A stretch of DNA of 64,000 nt from Schmidtea polychroa (lineage: Eukaryota), in assembly GCA_044892525.1 (NCBI GenBank), contig CM097885.1:47183727-47247726 (forward strand), written 5' to 3'. The notes under the pieces are model-generated. The model was not told the DNA's origin. It saw only the letters and a program-made list of their open reading frames with translations, and did not search any database. The position numbers were made by a program, and so were the translations under genes. How positions within the stretch are numbered: the stretch's first letter is position 1; every line of letters begins with the position of its first letter. This document shows positions 40,247-54,518 of this stretch, piece after piece.

Positions 40247-41852
40247 AGTAGGTAGTTAGTAGCACCCGGCAGCACGACCATCAGGAGTACCCTACCCCCT
40301 AGATATTTCTTTTAATTGCTGCCGGACTACACTATTTTTTCAAATTTACACTAGTGAGGGAGTATGTTAGGTCTTTAAAATTTTTCTATTCAAAATCCGA
40401 CTCTCACTTAAAAAGCCACTGCTGCCGGGGCTACACTATATATTTTTGCACTATAGTCATGGAGTATCTTTGGTCTCTGGATTTTTCTATACAAAAACCA
40501 TTGTCCTAGAGGGATACATGGTATTTTTTTCACACTATAGTCAAGGGGTATCTTTTTGTATATAGATTTTTGTACATGAAATCCGGCCCTCGCTAAAAAA
40601 GCCATTACTCCAGAGGGCTACACTATATTTTTTCAGATTCACAATTTAGTGAGAAGGTCTCTTCGGACCAAAGAAAGATTTTTGTACACAAATTCCGACC
40701 CTTGTTAAAAAAGGCATTGCTGCCGTGAACTACACTATAATTTTTTTTTATATTCACTCTATAGTGATGGAGTATTTTAGGTCTTTAAAATTTATGTACA
40801 CAAAATCCGACTCTCGCTAAAAAAGCTCTTGCTCCAGGGACATCTTTGACCTCTGAATTTTTCTATACAAAAATCCGACCGTCACTCAAAAAGCCAAAGT
40901 ATTAAAGTAAAAAGTATTACCATTAAAAAATTAAAATTTGATAAATTCTTTCAATCAACATAAAATTCACAAAAATTGATAGAAATTCACTTGAATATTT
41001 CGTAAAACCAGCTAATATCAACTCTAAAAATTACCAATGAATTTAATTGCCTTAGACACCAAAATTTGCCTAAATAATAATTCAAATAAAATCATTAAAA
41101 CTTTAGATAACTCCATCAAATTTATCTTTAAATTAATTTTAAAATATATAAATCAGTGAAATTATCACAAATCAAGATAAGAACTTTGATAAAAAAAATA
41201 TTATAAAGTGGTAAGAATTATCATTGAAACAACGAAATAGAAGAAGAATTATTCATTGAACAGATTTCTTTATGAAAAAATGATAAATTAATAATGAAAT
41301 TAATAAACTCAAAAGGGTGAAAATCTTCATTGAGATAAGGGGTAGAATTATTCATTAACGGATTATGATACTACTAGAGGTATAATTGTTAAATGAAAAG
41401 GAAAAATATACTGAAAAGTGTTATTGATAAAATGAAGGTGGATATGAGTGGAGATATATTAAGTATTAATTGAATTTATTAAAAATTATTTTACTAAAAA
41501 TTATCATTTACATTAAAATATTTAGTAAATTTGTTAAATTCTAAAAGAAATAATTGTGGGGGAATATAAGTTATTAAATATTAATTAGTGGGGAAATTAA
41601 TGAATTAATTTTTTTCACAATTTTAAATCATTTGTATCGTTTTATCTATTTATTTATCTATATACTCGCTGACTATAGTGCGAAAAAATATAATGTAGCC
41701 CCGGCAGCAGTGACTTTTTAGTTAGGGTCGTATTTTGTATAAAAATATTTTGAAGACCTAAAATACTGTGTAGCCCCCGACAGCAATTTAAAAAATTTTT
41801 CTAGAGGAATACCCCGGATAATCATGCTGCCGGGGGCTACTAACTACTTACT
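40247..41852. mobile_element. Non-autonomous Maverick/Polinton-like element (1606 bp)
   Basis: Termini AGTAGGTAGTTAGTAGC and GCTACTAACTACTTACT, imperfect TIRs of about 180-210 bp with internal sub-repeats, and a 6-bp TSD GATGAT at 40241-40246 and 41853-41858. Confidence 0.8.
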
Positions 41853-42670
41853 GATGATGGCGAATTCTTTTAAATATCATTAAAAATATTTTTTTGAAGC
41901 TTTCTTTTAAATCACCATTTTGTTCAATGGCATCCGCCACTGATTTTGATTTTCTATCCAAATACTGAATCCATTTCTACCAAAGGTGATCTTATTTTGG
42001 TAATTTGTTTAGATTGTAATGGTGTAGCAAGTTGAGAAAGCTCACTCTTTTGATCAGCATCTCGATTACAAATTTTTCTCCCAGATTAAAAAGGTTTTAA
42101 AACTTCTAAATTTAGTTCTAACCTAATTTTTTTATGACTCTTTTAAAATGTTTGTGTACAAACTACAAAATAAATTCATTTTAAACTAAAATTCCAGCAA
42201 TAAATTTTTTTCTGAAAAGTTAATATAAAAATTTGACTTATTTATTTACAAAATATTAAAATATATTTTATATTTAATTTCAGGTTCTTTCAAATTTTTC
42301 AAATAAATTTTCAAATTTTATTCTCAATTTCAAACTGAAAAATCGAGAAATTTTCAATAAGTTCTGATTTTATGAAAACAGTCCGATTGTATTATATATT
42401 TGCAGAAGATTTAAATATTTTCATAAGCTTCTAATAAATGAAGTGAAAGGAAATTGTTTTTCTGTTATTTTTTTTCTCAGACAAATTGAAAATATTAAAA
42501 GGAAATTAATATAAAATTTAAAAATATAATTTCAGAAAAATTTGGAATTTTTTAGGTCGAATAATTTCTTTAGATATATTAAAGTTGATTTTTCTTTTTT
42601 GATTGCAATTATTAAATATATAAAATACTGAACATTAAATGATATTAAAGTTATATTAAAAAAGTTTTAT

Positions 42671-42842
42671 TAGATGCCAGATGTCCGGTTTTGAACCAGA
42701 CTGTTCGGTATTACGGCTATTTGCCCTGTGACAAAATTGAAGGAATACCAGACATGCACTGACGGTCCGGCACTGACATTTAATGTCAAAATAGCAAGGC
42801 AGCAAAATGTCCGGTATTTTTGAGACGGTCATCTGGCATCTA
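42671..42842. mobile_element. Small MITE, hAT-Tip100-like
   Basis: TIR TAGATGCCAGATG / CATCTGGCATCTA with internal tccgg motifs; no clear TSD. Confidence 0.55.
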
Positions 42843-43074
42843 TATTGTAATTTAAAGTCTAAAAATTTTTGTTACATGAATTTAGGTAAAATATTTTGAC
42901 TATAGCGACTATTGGGACATTAAGGTAATAATTTAAAATAAGTAAATTAAAGTAAATTAGTGTAGTATTTTTAAAATACGTAATAGATTTGAAATTATGG
43001 TAAGATATTTTGAATAATCGAAGACCAATGAGACATTAAGGCAATAATTTTAAATTATGTAAATTAAAGTAAAT

Positions 43075-44560
43075 TATAAGATAACGCCAATCAAACATTC
43101 TTTTCACGATATATTTCGACAGTTTTCCAGTCATCATCAGGTGGGATATAATAAATTAAGGATTTTAAACAAATTTATTAATTATATATTAAAAATATTT
43201 TTTTTATAATAACATTTAATTATTTAAAAAAAAATTATACTTAAATTACATTATTTTTTTAAAATTTTAGCATCTAAAATTTAATTTATTAATTTAAAAA
43301 TTTTTTTTTATTAATTATTTAATTTAATACAACAATCAATACATACAATATAAAAAAACCTATTTAAAAACTTATTTAACAACACTCAAAACACAAGTAT
43401 TTACTGCATTCTGCACATTAATTTTGGGATTCAATGATTTTATCAACAACGCCTCACAAATCACACGTTCCCAATAATTATCGAAATTTTTTAATAAAAT
43501 TTTAAAATCAGACATACCTATTTTAATCTTACAGCCCTTATTGTGCTCACTAATATGGGTCAAAGCCTTCGGTCTACAATGTTCTCAAGCTCGAATACAG
43601 AGATGACGGGAAGTCTCTCCAATGTATGTAGCATCACACCCATTACATGTAAACTGATAAACGAGATCGGAACACAATTCAACCGGAGTTTTTGACTTAT
43701 TAATAAAAATATTGCGTACTTTCCATGAAGTTGACATTATTCTATAGTTTAAATTCCCTAATTGCTTTCTTATCTTCACTTTATAATCCTTTAAACCTTC
43801 TGAGTACGGCAATACTAACACAAATTTAGGCTCATCATCCTATTTAATTTATTTAACTCATCAGACTCACACATCTCAACAAGATCACACCCAGATTTTC
43901 TCAAACATGGATCCTTAGGATTTTTAATAAATTTGTCAACAGTTTCTTTCACCATAATTACTAAAAAGGATTTTGAATAACCGTTCTTCACTAACAATTC
44001 AACCAATATGTCAACACTTTTTATTGAATTTTTAAAAGTAGAAGACAAAGACCATGCACGATAAATCAACCCCTTCACGATATTTCTTTTATACTTGAAT
44101 TCACAAAAACTTTCGGAAGAAGTATAGAGACTAGTTTTCTATAAATCTCTGTCTCATAGTGTTTCTCTTTGCGTTGTATTAACAGATCCAAGAAAGCAAG
44201 CGATGATTTTTTCTCCGTTTCACATGTGAATATAATGTTTTTATGTAGACTATTCATATAATGCAAAAACGGGTCAACATGCCTCTGATTTTCAAATATA
44301 AGAAAAATATCATCCACATACCGTTTATAAACAGTGGGTTTCATACATTGGAAAGATGCAATTTTCTTCTCTAAGCTTGTTAAAAAATTGAATCCATCGT
44401 TGGTGCTAAAGGAGAACCCATAGCAACTCCATTTATTTGTTGATACCATTCATTATTGAAAAGAAAATTGATTTTTGAAGTTGCAAATACAAGAAGTTCA
44501 TGAAATGCTGTTCTATCCAAAATATGATGTTCAGAAATATTTTCATTCCACAAGTTTAGT
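43075..44560 (-). mobile_element. Penelope-like retroelement, 5'-truncated (RT C-terminal half plus GIY-YIG), frameshifted
   Basis: WYQQINGVAMGSPLAP, YKRYVDDIFLIF, LAFLDLLI, GLIYRAWSLSS, LPY and LVYQFTCNGCDATYIGETSR. Confidence 0.92.
43105..43143 (-). ncRNA. Minimal type I hammerhead ribozyme motif
   Basis: Minus strand: cac CUGAUGA u gacug gaaaa cuguc GAAA uaua UC gug; one stem II mismatch, at a different position from the 17.6-kb copy. Confidence 0.7.
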
Positions 44561-44589
44561 AAATTGGTGTAATAATTTTAAAATAAGTA

Positions 44590-44660
44590 CAGTAGAACCT
44601 CGATTATCCGACCAATTGGGGATAGGGATAGTTCGGATAAGGAATAATCCGGATAATCGA
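44590..44660. mobile_element. Tigger/pogo-like MITE end
   Basis: TA-CAGTAGAACCTCGATTATCCG followed by cggataa subterminal repeats. Confidence 0.55.
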
Positions 44661-44724
44661 AAAGCCCATAATTGACAATAAACTAAATGAACAAATAAAA
44701 TATAATTAGACTAAAAGTAACGTT

Positions 44725-45200
44725 TTTATTTACATCAATTATCATTTGCTTGACTCCAAGTTTATAAGCCAACAAAGCATGTTCTCGAGTTTGACCATTT
44801 TTTGAAAAATCAGCTTTCAATTCTCCAATAACCATAAGACCCTTTCCTTTTCGATTGTGGGCTTTTGCATTCACCGGCTGCTTAGCAAACACCGTACTGT
44901 AATATTTGATTGCAAATGATCCAGGGTTTTATTTCAAATCACATTGAGCCATATTCAAATATAATTTCACAACATGACCCCATCGAATATTCTCCTCGTC
45001 ATCAGTCACTAACGGCATAGCATATAATATATCCAATCCTCGTAAATATTGATTGAGCGCAATTCCATGACGTTTATTTCGAACAGCAGCATTGGCATCA
45101 TTTCGACATTGAACAACTAATTTAATAATATTATATAAAGGCAATTCAAATTTTCTTTTCAGCATTCGATCTTCTTTATCTTCCTTATCAAATTCAAAAA
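44725..45200 (-). pseudogene. Chimeric fragment: FKBP6/Shutdown-like TPR region fused in frame to an eEF1A segment
   Basis: TPR-like ...[21 protein letters not shown]...[17 protein letters not shown], then [32 protein letters not shown], matching eEF1[28 protein letters not shown]. Confidence 0.7.
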
Positions 45201-46241
45201 AATCAAAATCCGTTGACAATTTCCAAGTTTTCAAAAAAGAAACATTGAATTCAAAATAACTTCCAAAATTCTCGAATAATTCGAAAAACCAATTAATTCC
45301 AAAATCAGAGTACAAAATAACTCTGTCCGCGTCTGTGCGCGCACACATACTAGAAAACATCAATTACAAAGTCAAAATTCGCGCACACAGACACGAGCCG
45401 TAAATACTCAGTCAGTCAGATTGAGAAGTCATTCCTCCATCTAATTGGTCGAAATACCACATGTAGATATAATATGAAAATTTATGTTTGTCTAGATATA
45501 CATATAGTTTCAATAATAAATTATTTTTTATTAATAAATTCAAATATTGATTTTTGCCTAACAATAGGCAAACAATTGATAAATTTGGTACACAGCTGAC
45601 AATTATAAATATTAAATTATTACCAATAAATGTTAAAATATAAAATCAATACTAACAATATTGTTGTATTTATATTTAATATATTGTTTTATTACTGTTA
45701 AACCTAAAATGTATTTATTTAATTTTACATCTTTTGTAATGACATCTTTTGTAATGAAAGCACTTTTCTTTTATTAAATATTCCAACGAAAAAATAAATA
45801 GTTTTAGAAAGATTTCAAAATTTCGTGATGAATTTTGTTTTATTTGTAAATTAGATACAATTATACAATAATTAAATTTATTTAAAAAAACTAAAAATTA
45901 CAGATATTGTGTAATTGTTCAAGGTGGCTCTATAAGACTTTAGCATCAGCATAATATAAAATCAATCGTTGATCGGAAAAATAGTGAAAATCCAACTGTC
46001 TGATTTAAGCTATGGGTATCTCAATGATCTTAATTGAACTAAAGGATTTATTGAGAGTTGGATTATAAGATACATTTGCAACATCGTCAAAAGGGAAATC
46101 TGTATAAAGAAATCTGTATATATTTTCACGATTTTGTATTTATTTTTTTAATTTAGTTTGTATAACTAACTGAATGACTTTAAGCTTGACTCATCTGATA
46201 CCAAATATCTTTTAGTCCTTTATCTATCAAATTATAAGATA

Positions 46242-46860
46242 TGTTGGGCTAAGTGATTGAATTGTGACTGAGAGGTGTTGGCACACAGCAAACATACATA
46301 ACACCAAGTAGAGCAGAACTCAAACCAATCCCAACACCAACTAAATAATTAAACAGAATTCACATAATATCAAAATAATAAACCCAAAAGTAAATAAAAA
46401 TTAGACAAAAGCAAGAAGTGTCACATGAAATTAACTCAAACAAAACATATATACACAACAGCAGTAAGCAAATTTGAGTTAAATGACGATGAGAATGGAT
46501 AGGAAAAGAAATTAGAAAGATTTCCATGAATAACATCGAAAAAATAACCGAAAGATAACAATTATAGCCGAAAAAATAGAAAATTCAGTAAAAATGGCGA
46601 ATTCCATCATGGATGGCAAGTGATGTAACAAAGTCAACATTCAATACTTAAAATAACAAAAAGTAAAAAGAAATAACATAAGAATTAAAAGAAAATAAGA
46701 ATTAGGCACAAAAATCGACGAAAATAATAGAAAATAGTCTAAAATGTCCATATCCATCATGGCGGCAAATTTAATTAAAAATAAATAAAATATAAAAATC
46801 AGAAAATAAAATCAATCATAATTCACAAGAAATCGCCATTAAAATTGATAAAAATAGAAA
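46242..46860 (-). repeat. LTR-like repeat fragment
   Basis: TGTTGGGCT terminus and collinear similarity to 14831-15410 and 49110-49740. Confidence 0.55.
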
Positions 46861-49109
46861 TTGGAGTTGAGAAATATTTATTAATATTATTGTCAATCAT
46901 TTCAAGCGTGGACGAAAGAAGGTGCTGAAGGCTCGAAGCCCCTCATGACTAAGAAGTCTGATACTATCCGACTACTAAATTAAAATGATTTAAATTGTTA
47001 AAAAAATTAATATTAAATGTTCCTATTTTTATGACAAATGGAAAATGAAGATTCCATTAAAATTAAAAGTTCAAATTTATTAAAGACTTTCAACTCTCAA
47101 GTGAACAAAAGTCAATAGTGACAGTCCAAAGAAAAGAGAAGAATTATAAGCCTAATAATTACTATCGTCAATTGTCATTTTATTTTTATACGTCAACACA
47201 AAATTTTAACATGAAAAATCCAATGAGGGGGCTTGACACCCCCCCCCCCCCACTTTGGTACGTCACTGCATTTTCTACTAAACATAAACTGCCATTCAGA
47301 GATAAAAAGTTGTTCGACATTCATATCTTCAACCCATCATATATTTCCCCATAAATTTTAAACGAAAAGAGAATAGTCTTAAAAAAGAATATTTATTTTC
47401 AAAACTTGTCAAAAATCTTCAATTGATACGACCAAATAACAATAAAAGAAATTAAAAAATATATAAATTAAATAAAATTAACGGAAAAATTTACTATAAT
47501 AACAAATTTTGAAAAATATCAGCCAATATAAAAAGTTTAATGAAATTTTTTTTTTAAATTACACTCCCGTTTGATTGATTATAATAAAAAAATTGAAAGG
47601 AATCATAAAACGTTTCCGAAAGCAAATTGTCAAAGTTTCTTACAAAAAAAATTGCAAAGCCTTTTGTTATTTGTCGATTGTTTAAATTTTCATTTATCGC
47701 ATTTTTAATAGGAATAATAGAGGCAGTTTTTACTAATAGATTTAATTAAAATTAATTTTCCAAAGGTAATTGAAATTGAAAAGACATATTTAGAAATCTT
47801 TAAAATATGAAAAAAAATCAGTTCCTTTCATAAAATTCTTTCAATATATTTTTTATTCATTTTTCCCCATTTTATTTATTAATAAATGACAACATATTTT
47901 AGTTTGTTTCAAAAAAAAGCGCCAAAAAATCTTTCTCGAGGACAACCAAGAAAAGTTTTAGAAGAATGATATGATCATTTTGATTTAATCACCTTTCTTC
48001 AGAAATATGAAAAAAATTCTAAAATTTCTAAAAATAAATTATAGGTGAATTTTGAAAAAAATAAATTTAAAATAATATAAAACATATTTATAAATATTTC
48101 TGTGTTCAGAATTTTGAGAATTTTTTGAGATTCTTATAAAAAAAATACTAAAATACTTTTTTATTAATTTACAAAATATATTTTATTTTTTTAATTTCCT
48201 ACAATTATTAACACTTTAAGCGCCATTCGAATAAAGGTATCTATTACTATAGGTCAAATGAAAATGTAAAATTTTGTCCAAAAGATTGAGCAATGTGGCA
48301 TAATGAAAATTTTCCCCTGAAATGTTTCTCTTGATTTCTCACTAGAATAGGCAATGCGATTCTATTTTCAACAAATGATTGAATAGTATCGAGTCGTCTG
48401 GTTTCGTAACACTGACAGTGTTTTGCGCCCATTCAATTTGATATTGCAACTTGTCCGTGGGTTAAGTAGTACATTCAATATATTCTTGCTGTATTTGTCG
48501 GACATATCGGCATCTATGATAACAACTTTCTTCAAATTTAAAGTTTGTTTTGCATGGAACATAAAAGATTCTGCCAAAATTTTCAAAGGTAAATATTTAA
48601 GATTCGACGAGTTGGATTGATAAAGAAATGAATTAATGTTTAAAAAATATTATCCATTTTTGATCAATTAAACTCTCGGCAGCACTGGCCGATCAACGAC
48701 ACGTTTCTCAAATATTTTCCTTATTTTTCGCATTAGTTGTTACTGGCAAAATATTTCGACGTCGTGTTAGAATAAATGGTTTTCGTTTTGATGTTTGAAT
48801 ATTGACCACTTTATTTATCCAATTCAAATTGCCTTTATTTATTGATAAATTGTTGAGCTTTCCAATTGCATTTAACTTACACTCCAAACAAATATTAAAA
48901 GGTTCTTTTAAACACAAATAGGCAATACACATTATATACAAATCCTTCAATTTAAGGTGAGTTTTAATTATTTTTAACTTAAATTTGATTATTTATCATT
49001 ATTCGTTACATAATTTCATTTTATTTATGCCTTTTGGTCAAAATGGGCGAATATTCACCAAATACTATTTTTATATTTCTATACATTATTTTCATTAAGC
49101 TTATCTTTA

Positions 49110-50530
49110 AAGCCCACGTGGCCGGAATGCATTGAAAATAGCATGCAGACACAACACTAAGTGAAGCTAAACTCAAAACACGTCAAACATCGATTAAACC
49201 CAATTAAAAATAATTTAGATAACATCAAAAAGAATAAACACAAAAGTAAAGTAAAATAAAACCAAAACAAGAAGTATGGCATAAAGCGAACTCAAAAATA
49301 GCATAGACACATAACAGAATTAAACAAATTTGAATAATTGACAATAAAAGAAAGTAGAAATGGAAATGGGCAAGATTTCCACAAAACATTATGAGAAAAT
49401 GAATTAAGAATCAAAATTATAATTGAAATGAACAGAAAAACTAAAATATTCTATAAAAACAGTGAAATACATTTTGGACGCTAAGTAGCTAGTAAAACCT
49501 AACTAAAATATAAAAATATAGAAACTATATTATCAAAAAAACAAGATAAAATAATATAGGATTTTAGAGAAATAAGAATTATTTAATAAAACCATTAAAA
49601 TAGCATAAAATCCCCATATTGATGATGGCGGCAAAATTAACTAAAACTAAATAAAATACAAAAATTAGAAAACAAAATAAATAATAAATTATAAGAAATC
49701 GACATCAAAATTGATAAAAATTGAAATTCAAAATTAATCAGAAATCAAATAATGCAAATTCGTTTTGCTGAATCAATACACGCACACATACTCGCACACC
49801 AAAATTTGAGGTCGGCAAGATACGTCACCCAATAGTCTAAAAAATCACGAGAAATCATCAGGACGGACGAGCCCTCAACGAACGACAGTTCCCCGACAGG
49901 ACTGAATATAAACCAAGATCACAGCTTAGAATCAGGGCTACCGGATGGAGGTTTACATCCAGTATCAAGTAGCACCGACCTCAATGACACGGAGCCCTGA
50001 GAATCATCGTCAAATTGTTGTGTTGAAACAAGAACCAACCCTAAAACCGACACAGCTGGCCGCACATAAAATTCAGGTGGCGATAGCAAAACTATGGCGC
50101 ATCAAGGAAGATATCTGCCAGAGCATCATTGCCTATACGGATGGAGATTGCTTGCAATTCCACAATAAGGAATGACAAGTGAACTTAGCATACTGTCAGG
50201 ATAGGAAAAAATTTCCATAACAGTGCGGTAGGGGCGAGAGGAGCCTCCGCGAAAGCGCGAGAGACCGCGAGGCTCTGAACGTGGATATTAATGTATTAGA
50301 ACACTAAGTCAAACAAAAAAAATCTCGCTAGTAATGAAATTCTCATCTACCGGAACCCAATAGAGCAAGTGCCCAACGACTCCATACCATAATTAAATAA
50401 TTTCAAACCTCAGCTCGCTCCAATACCGAATCCAATTCAAATTAAGGATCAAACCAAGTGACACAAAAAGCCCGTAAAAGCCGAACACTACCGATGGCGA
50501 GAGCGCAAGAATGCCAGAATATTGGGACAA
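49110..50530 (-). repeat. Longer copy of the LTR-like repeat, possibly a solo LTR
   Basis: First 600 bp or so are collinear with the 46242 copy; the GC-richer remainder ends ...attgggacaac. Boundaries approximate. Confidence 0.45.
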
Positions 50531-50699
50531 CCAATTATCCGCGCCGTTTTTAATCTGAACCGTTTTTGCTGCGTCTTTATTGGAGTAAACCTTTTGTAGC
50601 TACTAAAACATTTTACGTAGTATCATAAACATAGTTATAAAATTTTACATGTAATTAATAATGTCGAATTTAAGCTTATTTTTAATTATAATTTCAAGC

Positions 50700-51150
50700 A
50701 AACACATTTAATTAAAGTCCTTTCAGCCAGCTCTTCTTTCAAGCCACATTCGCATGTATCTATACCAACATTCCAATAAAATAGTCTCGTTGTTCCTTAC
50801 ATTCCCGATTCTTTTGCACACTTTCACTTGATTTCGGGAAGCAGACCTTATCGAGTTATACTTGAACTTCAAATGACTGAAAAATAGGATTCAAGTAAGA
50901 TGATTAAGGGGTAAGGAAAGCATAACTATTGCACAAGTGGCCAAGCAATTAGATTACATCGCTTCGATGATGGAACGCCCTTACTTAGATCTATTATTTT
51001 GATGATGTTACTTTCACTTAGGACTATTGCCAGTCTTTTTCTCATAAAATTCATATTTTTAAGATACTTCCTGACAGTTGAGAGTGAAACATGAATATCT
51101 CGACGCATTAATTCTTCTAAAATGGATTTCAGTAAAGCACAACCCCACTC
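50700..51150 (-). mobile_element. IS630/Tc1-family transposase remnant
   Basis: HVSLSTVRKYLKNMNFMRKRL (HTH-adjacent motif) and FLTP*SSYLNPI, compare FLPPYSPFLNPIE. Confidence 0.6.
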
Positions 51151-51559
51151 GAAAATAATAATTTTTTATTTTTAGTAATTTTTATCAAAGCCAATTATTT
51201 ACAGTTGTCATTGTCTGATTAAAGCTCCTAAAATATCTCGAACTCGAGAAATCTTTTTATGAGAATAATGGCGTAAGAAAACCTCTTCTTAGCTGGATTA
51301 TGGACGCTCATCACAAAATCATGTTGTTAAAAATGGTTACTAATACATTCATTGAAAAATATCTTTTTTTTTACTTTTACTTTTTTTTATTTAAATTTTT
51401 TTTACTTTTTATTTATTTATTTTTCTTTATTTTTTTTAATTTTATTTATTTATTTATGTTTTTAAATTTTTTTATGAAGTATTTATTTTTATTTGTACTT
51501 TATTTCTATATTACTTACTTCTGTCCAAGAATACCTATTAACTTTAACTTTAACCCCAC

Positions 51560-51607
51560 GTTCTAACGGGGTTGGTGAAACGAAGCGAACATGGGCAGAG
51601 ACCCTAG
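51560..51607 (+). mobile_element. Possible Helitron 3' terminus
   Basis: GC-rich cgaagcgaacatgggc...accCTAG|T; the expected hairpin is degenerate. Confidence 0.3.
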
Positions 51608-51614
51608 TATATTA

Positions 51615-51618
<4 letters not shown>

Positions 51619-51673
<55 letters not shown>
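51619..51673. repeat. (TA)n microsatellite
   Basis: Visible directly in the sequence. Confidence 0.95.
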
Positions 51674-51678
<5 letters not shown>

Positions 51679-53052
51679 TTTATTTATTTATTTAGAAATA
51701 ATAATTATTTGTGTAACAAAACCGGATGAATTGCTACTATTTAAATTCAAATAAATTTACATAACAATACATATCGGAAAATGTTAAAATTCTAAAAGTT
51801 AGAAGAAATTCTTTCATTATGAACAATTAATAGCACAATTGATTGGCGGAAATTCATATTAAATCTATAATTTCATTTTGCTTTGAAGTCCCACGGTAAT
51901 AATGAATGTGTCTGCTATATGAAAATTGCATTACGTGGAAATATTTGTTTTAATTGTGGACAAAAATAAATTTATTATTTCACTACACGTGTATTTGATT
52001 TTCTCATTTTGAGTGTAAAATGCTGAAATGATAAATTAATAATTCTTAGAACGGTATTATATAATCTAGAACTAATTTCATTTTTCACAATATTTTGCGT
52101 AATTGTCATAAAAGAATTAATTTTTAACAACCCTTTATGAAGTCAAAAACAATTGAAAATAAATATTTTACAGAATATTTTGAGGATTCTATATTAAATT
52201 ATTTTTTGATTTCATTAACCTTCTAAATTCTAAAAGTAAAATATTTTTTATTTAAAATATTAGCACTGAAAAATGGGGAAAATTTGTCAATCAGGAAATT
52301 TTCAAGACTTTGAAATCCAAATGTAATTAAAGAATTCTTAAATCATCTCAGAAAGAGACAAATTAATTCACTTAATCTATTTGTTTCACTACAGAAACTC
52401 ATCTAATCAGAGACCGTTTTAAAGGAATGAAGGAAATTCATCCCTAGACTATTTAATGTTTATCCTGCCGTAGAAAGTGTCGCCAAAAATATGTAAATTA
52501 TACTAAAAAATAGTTCAAATTACATTTTACATAAGAAATATTTTGTTTGTTTGAAAAAATTATTTCTGTAATGGGCGGCAGAATTATATTCTATACCTTC
52601 TACCGGCCTCATATATTTCAATTAAAGCTGCTAAAAATGTTTCTAAGTCTACTTATTAAAATAAACAAACAGCTGACGCAAAATTGGTTTCATAACTAAC
52701 AGTAATCGTGAGAACATGAAATTGAATGTCATGTTTTAAATATTTAAAAAATAATTAAAAATTTTTCAAGACAATAAAAAACATTAACCTTAAGCTCTTT
52801 GAATGTAAATTAAGTAATCAACTCATTCAAAACATGGAAAAAATTGAACCTCATCATCTGAAATTTCCCATAATAAAATAATATCCAGATACAAACGGAC
52901 TTAGTAAAACAAACTTTTGAATACTATTTTTTATTTAAAAATATAAAGTGATAATTTCTTTGTATCAGCATTAATTAAATTTTAAACAATTAAATGATAA
53001 TTTTAGCCTTTTTGCTGCGAATAATATATCTAATACAAATGATTAAAATACA

Positions 53053-53056
<4 letters not shown>

Positions 53057-53128
<72 letters not shown>
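53057..53128. repeat. (TA)n microsatellite
   Basis: Visible directly in the sequence. Confidence 0.95.
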
Positions 53129-53132
<4 letters not shown>

Positions 53133-54400
53133 CTTCCTGGGAAAGCTTTCACTAAATTCTTTTTCATTTGTACTTGAATTGAGACCATTTTTGCTTGTAC
53201 AACATTTTGATACTCATTCGATAACAAAATCATGTAATCAAAATAATTACAGTTTTTTATTCTAACTGTAAAGTCTTAAAAAAATGAGTGAGATAAAAAA
53301 TTTCCTATTCAAAAATATTCTTGAATACTTTATTTTTTAAAAAATATTTTCACTGCAGATATTGTTTTTAGGATTTTTTAATGAGAAAATGTTCTTATTT
53401 ATAAAATAAAAGAAATTTGTAATTTAATTGTTTAAATTAATAATTAATTTTTTTAAATTTTTTAATAATTCAATCAAAACATTGTAAAAGTTTGTAATTG
53501 TAACATATTTTTATTGATTTCAAAAGTTAAAATATTGATTTAATTAATTATGAGAATTATTTTTAAAAAATATTTCATTTGAAAGTTTTTTTTTATAATT
53601 TAAGATTTAATTGCATTTAGTGTTCAAAAAACAAAATTTGAATTTTATTTAATGACATAAGCCGATATGAAAATATAATTTAATTTAAATAAATTTAATT
53701 AAGTTCAAATCAATTAAAAATATCAAAAGACATTTAAAATATTAATATATAATATCCGATTCTATGTACCGAACTCCAGCTTCCTCTTCAACCTACGAAT
53801 CCCAGCAACAATAATGTTTCTCTGACTAATAAACCATAAATTAAAAGTTTTTTAGAAATTTTTATATAAATTTACATAATTTTTAATGTTCAACTGATTT
53901 TTAGTAAATTTCTATTCTAATTCAAAAATATTTGCTTTTTCTATGTCCGATTATATTTACGGTTTCCAGACCAAAGATGTCCATTTAAAAATTTAAAAAT
54001 GAGAATATATTCAATTTGAAACTTTAGCATTTATTTACACCTTCTGTTCAAATATTCCGTCCACACATTCTGTAAATCACGAAAAAAATCCTAGATAATA
54101 AAACGATTATAATCAAAATTATGACAAATATTTCTATTTTATTATTTTTTACATCCAGTAAAATTTTAATATTGAGGGGCACACTTTTGACCTAGACAAA
54201 CTCGACAATATAAAATAAGTGAACAACATTGATATTGTCAAAAATTAAGTCAGATTAAAAAAATGCATAATAAATAAAATTATAAGATTTAAAATTTGTA
54301 CTTTTACATTAATTGTACTTGTTTCATTTAACTGTAAAATATTGAATTGTTTTGTTGTAAATATATAAAAAACAAGTCACAATGGATTTAGTTTGCGGAC

Positions 54401-54518
<118 letters not shown>

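Noticed and set aside
48247..48950. Coding-like remnant with KKVVIIDADMSD, reminiscent of UL9-like helicase motif III
   Set aside because: A single short motif with no Walker A or B found nearby; not enough to call.
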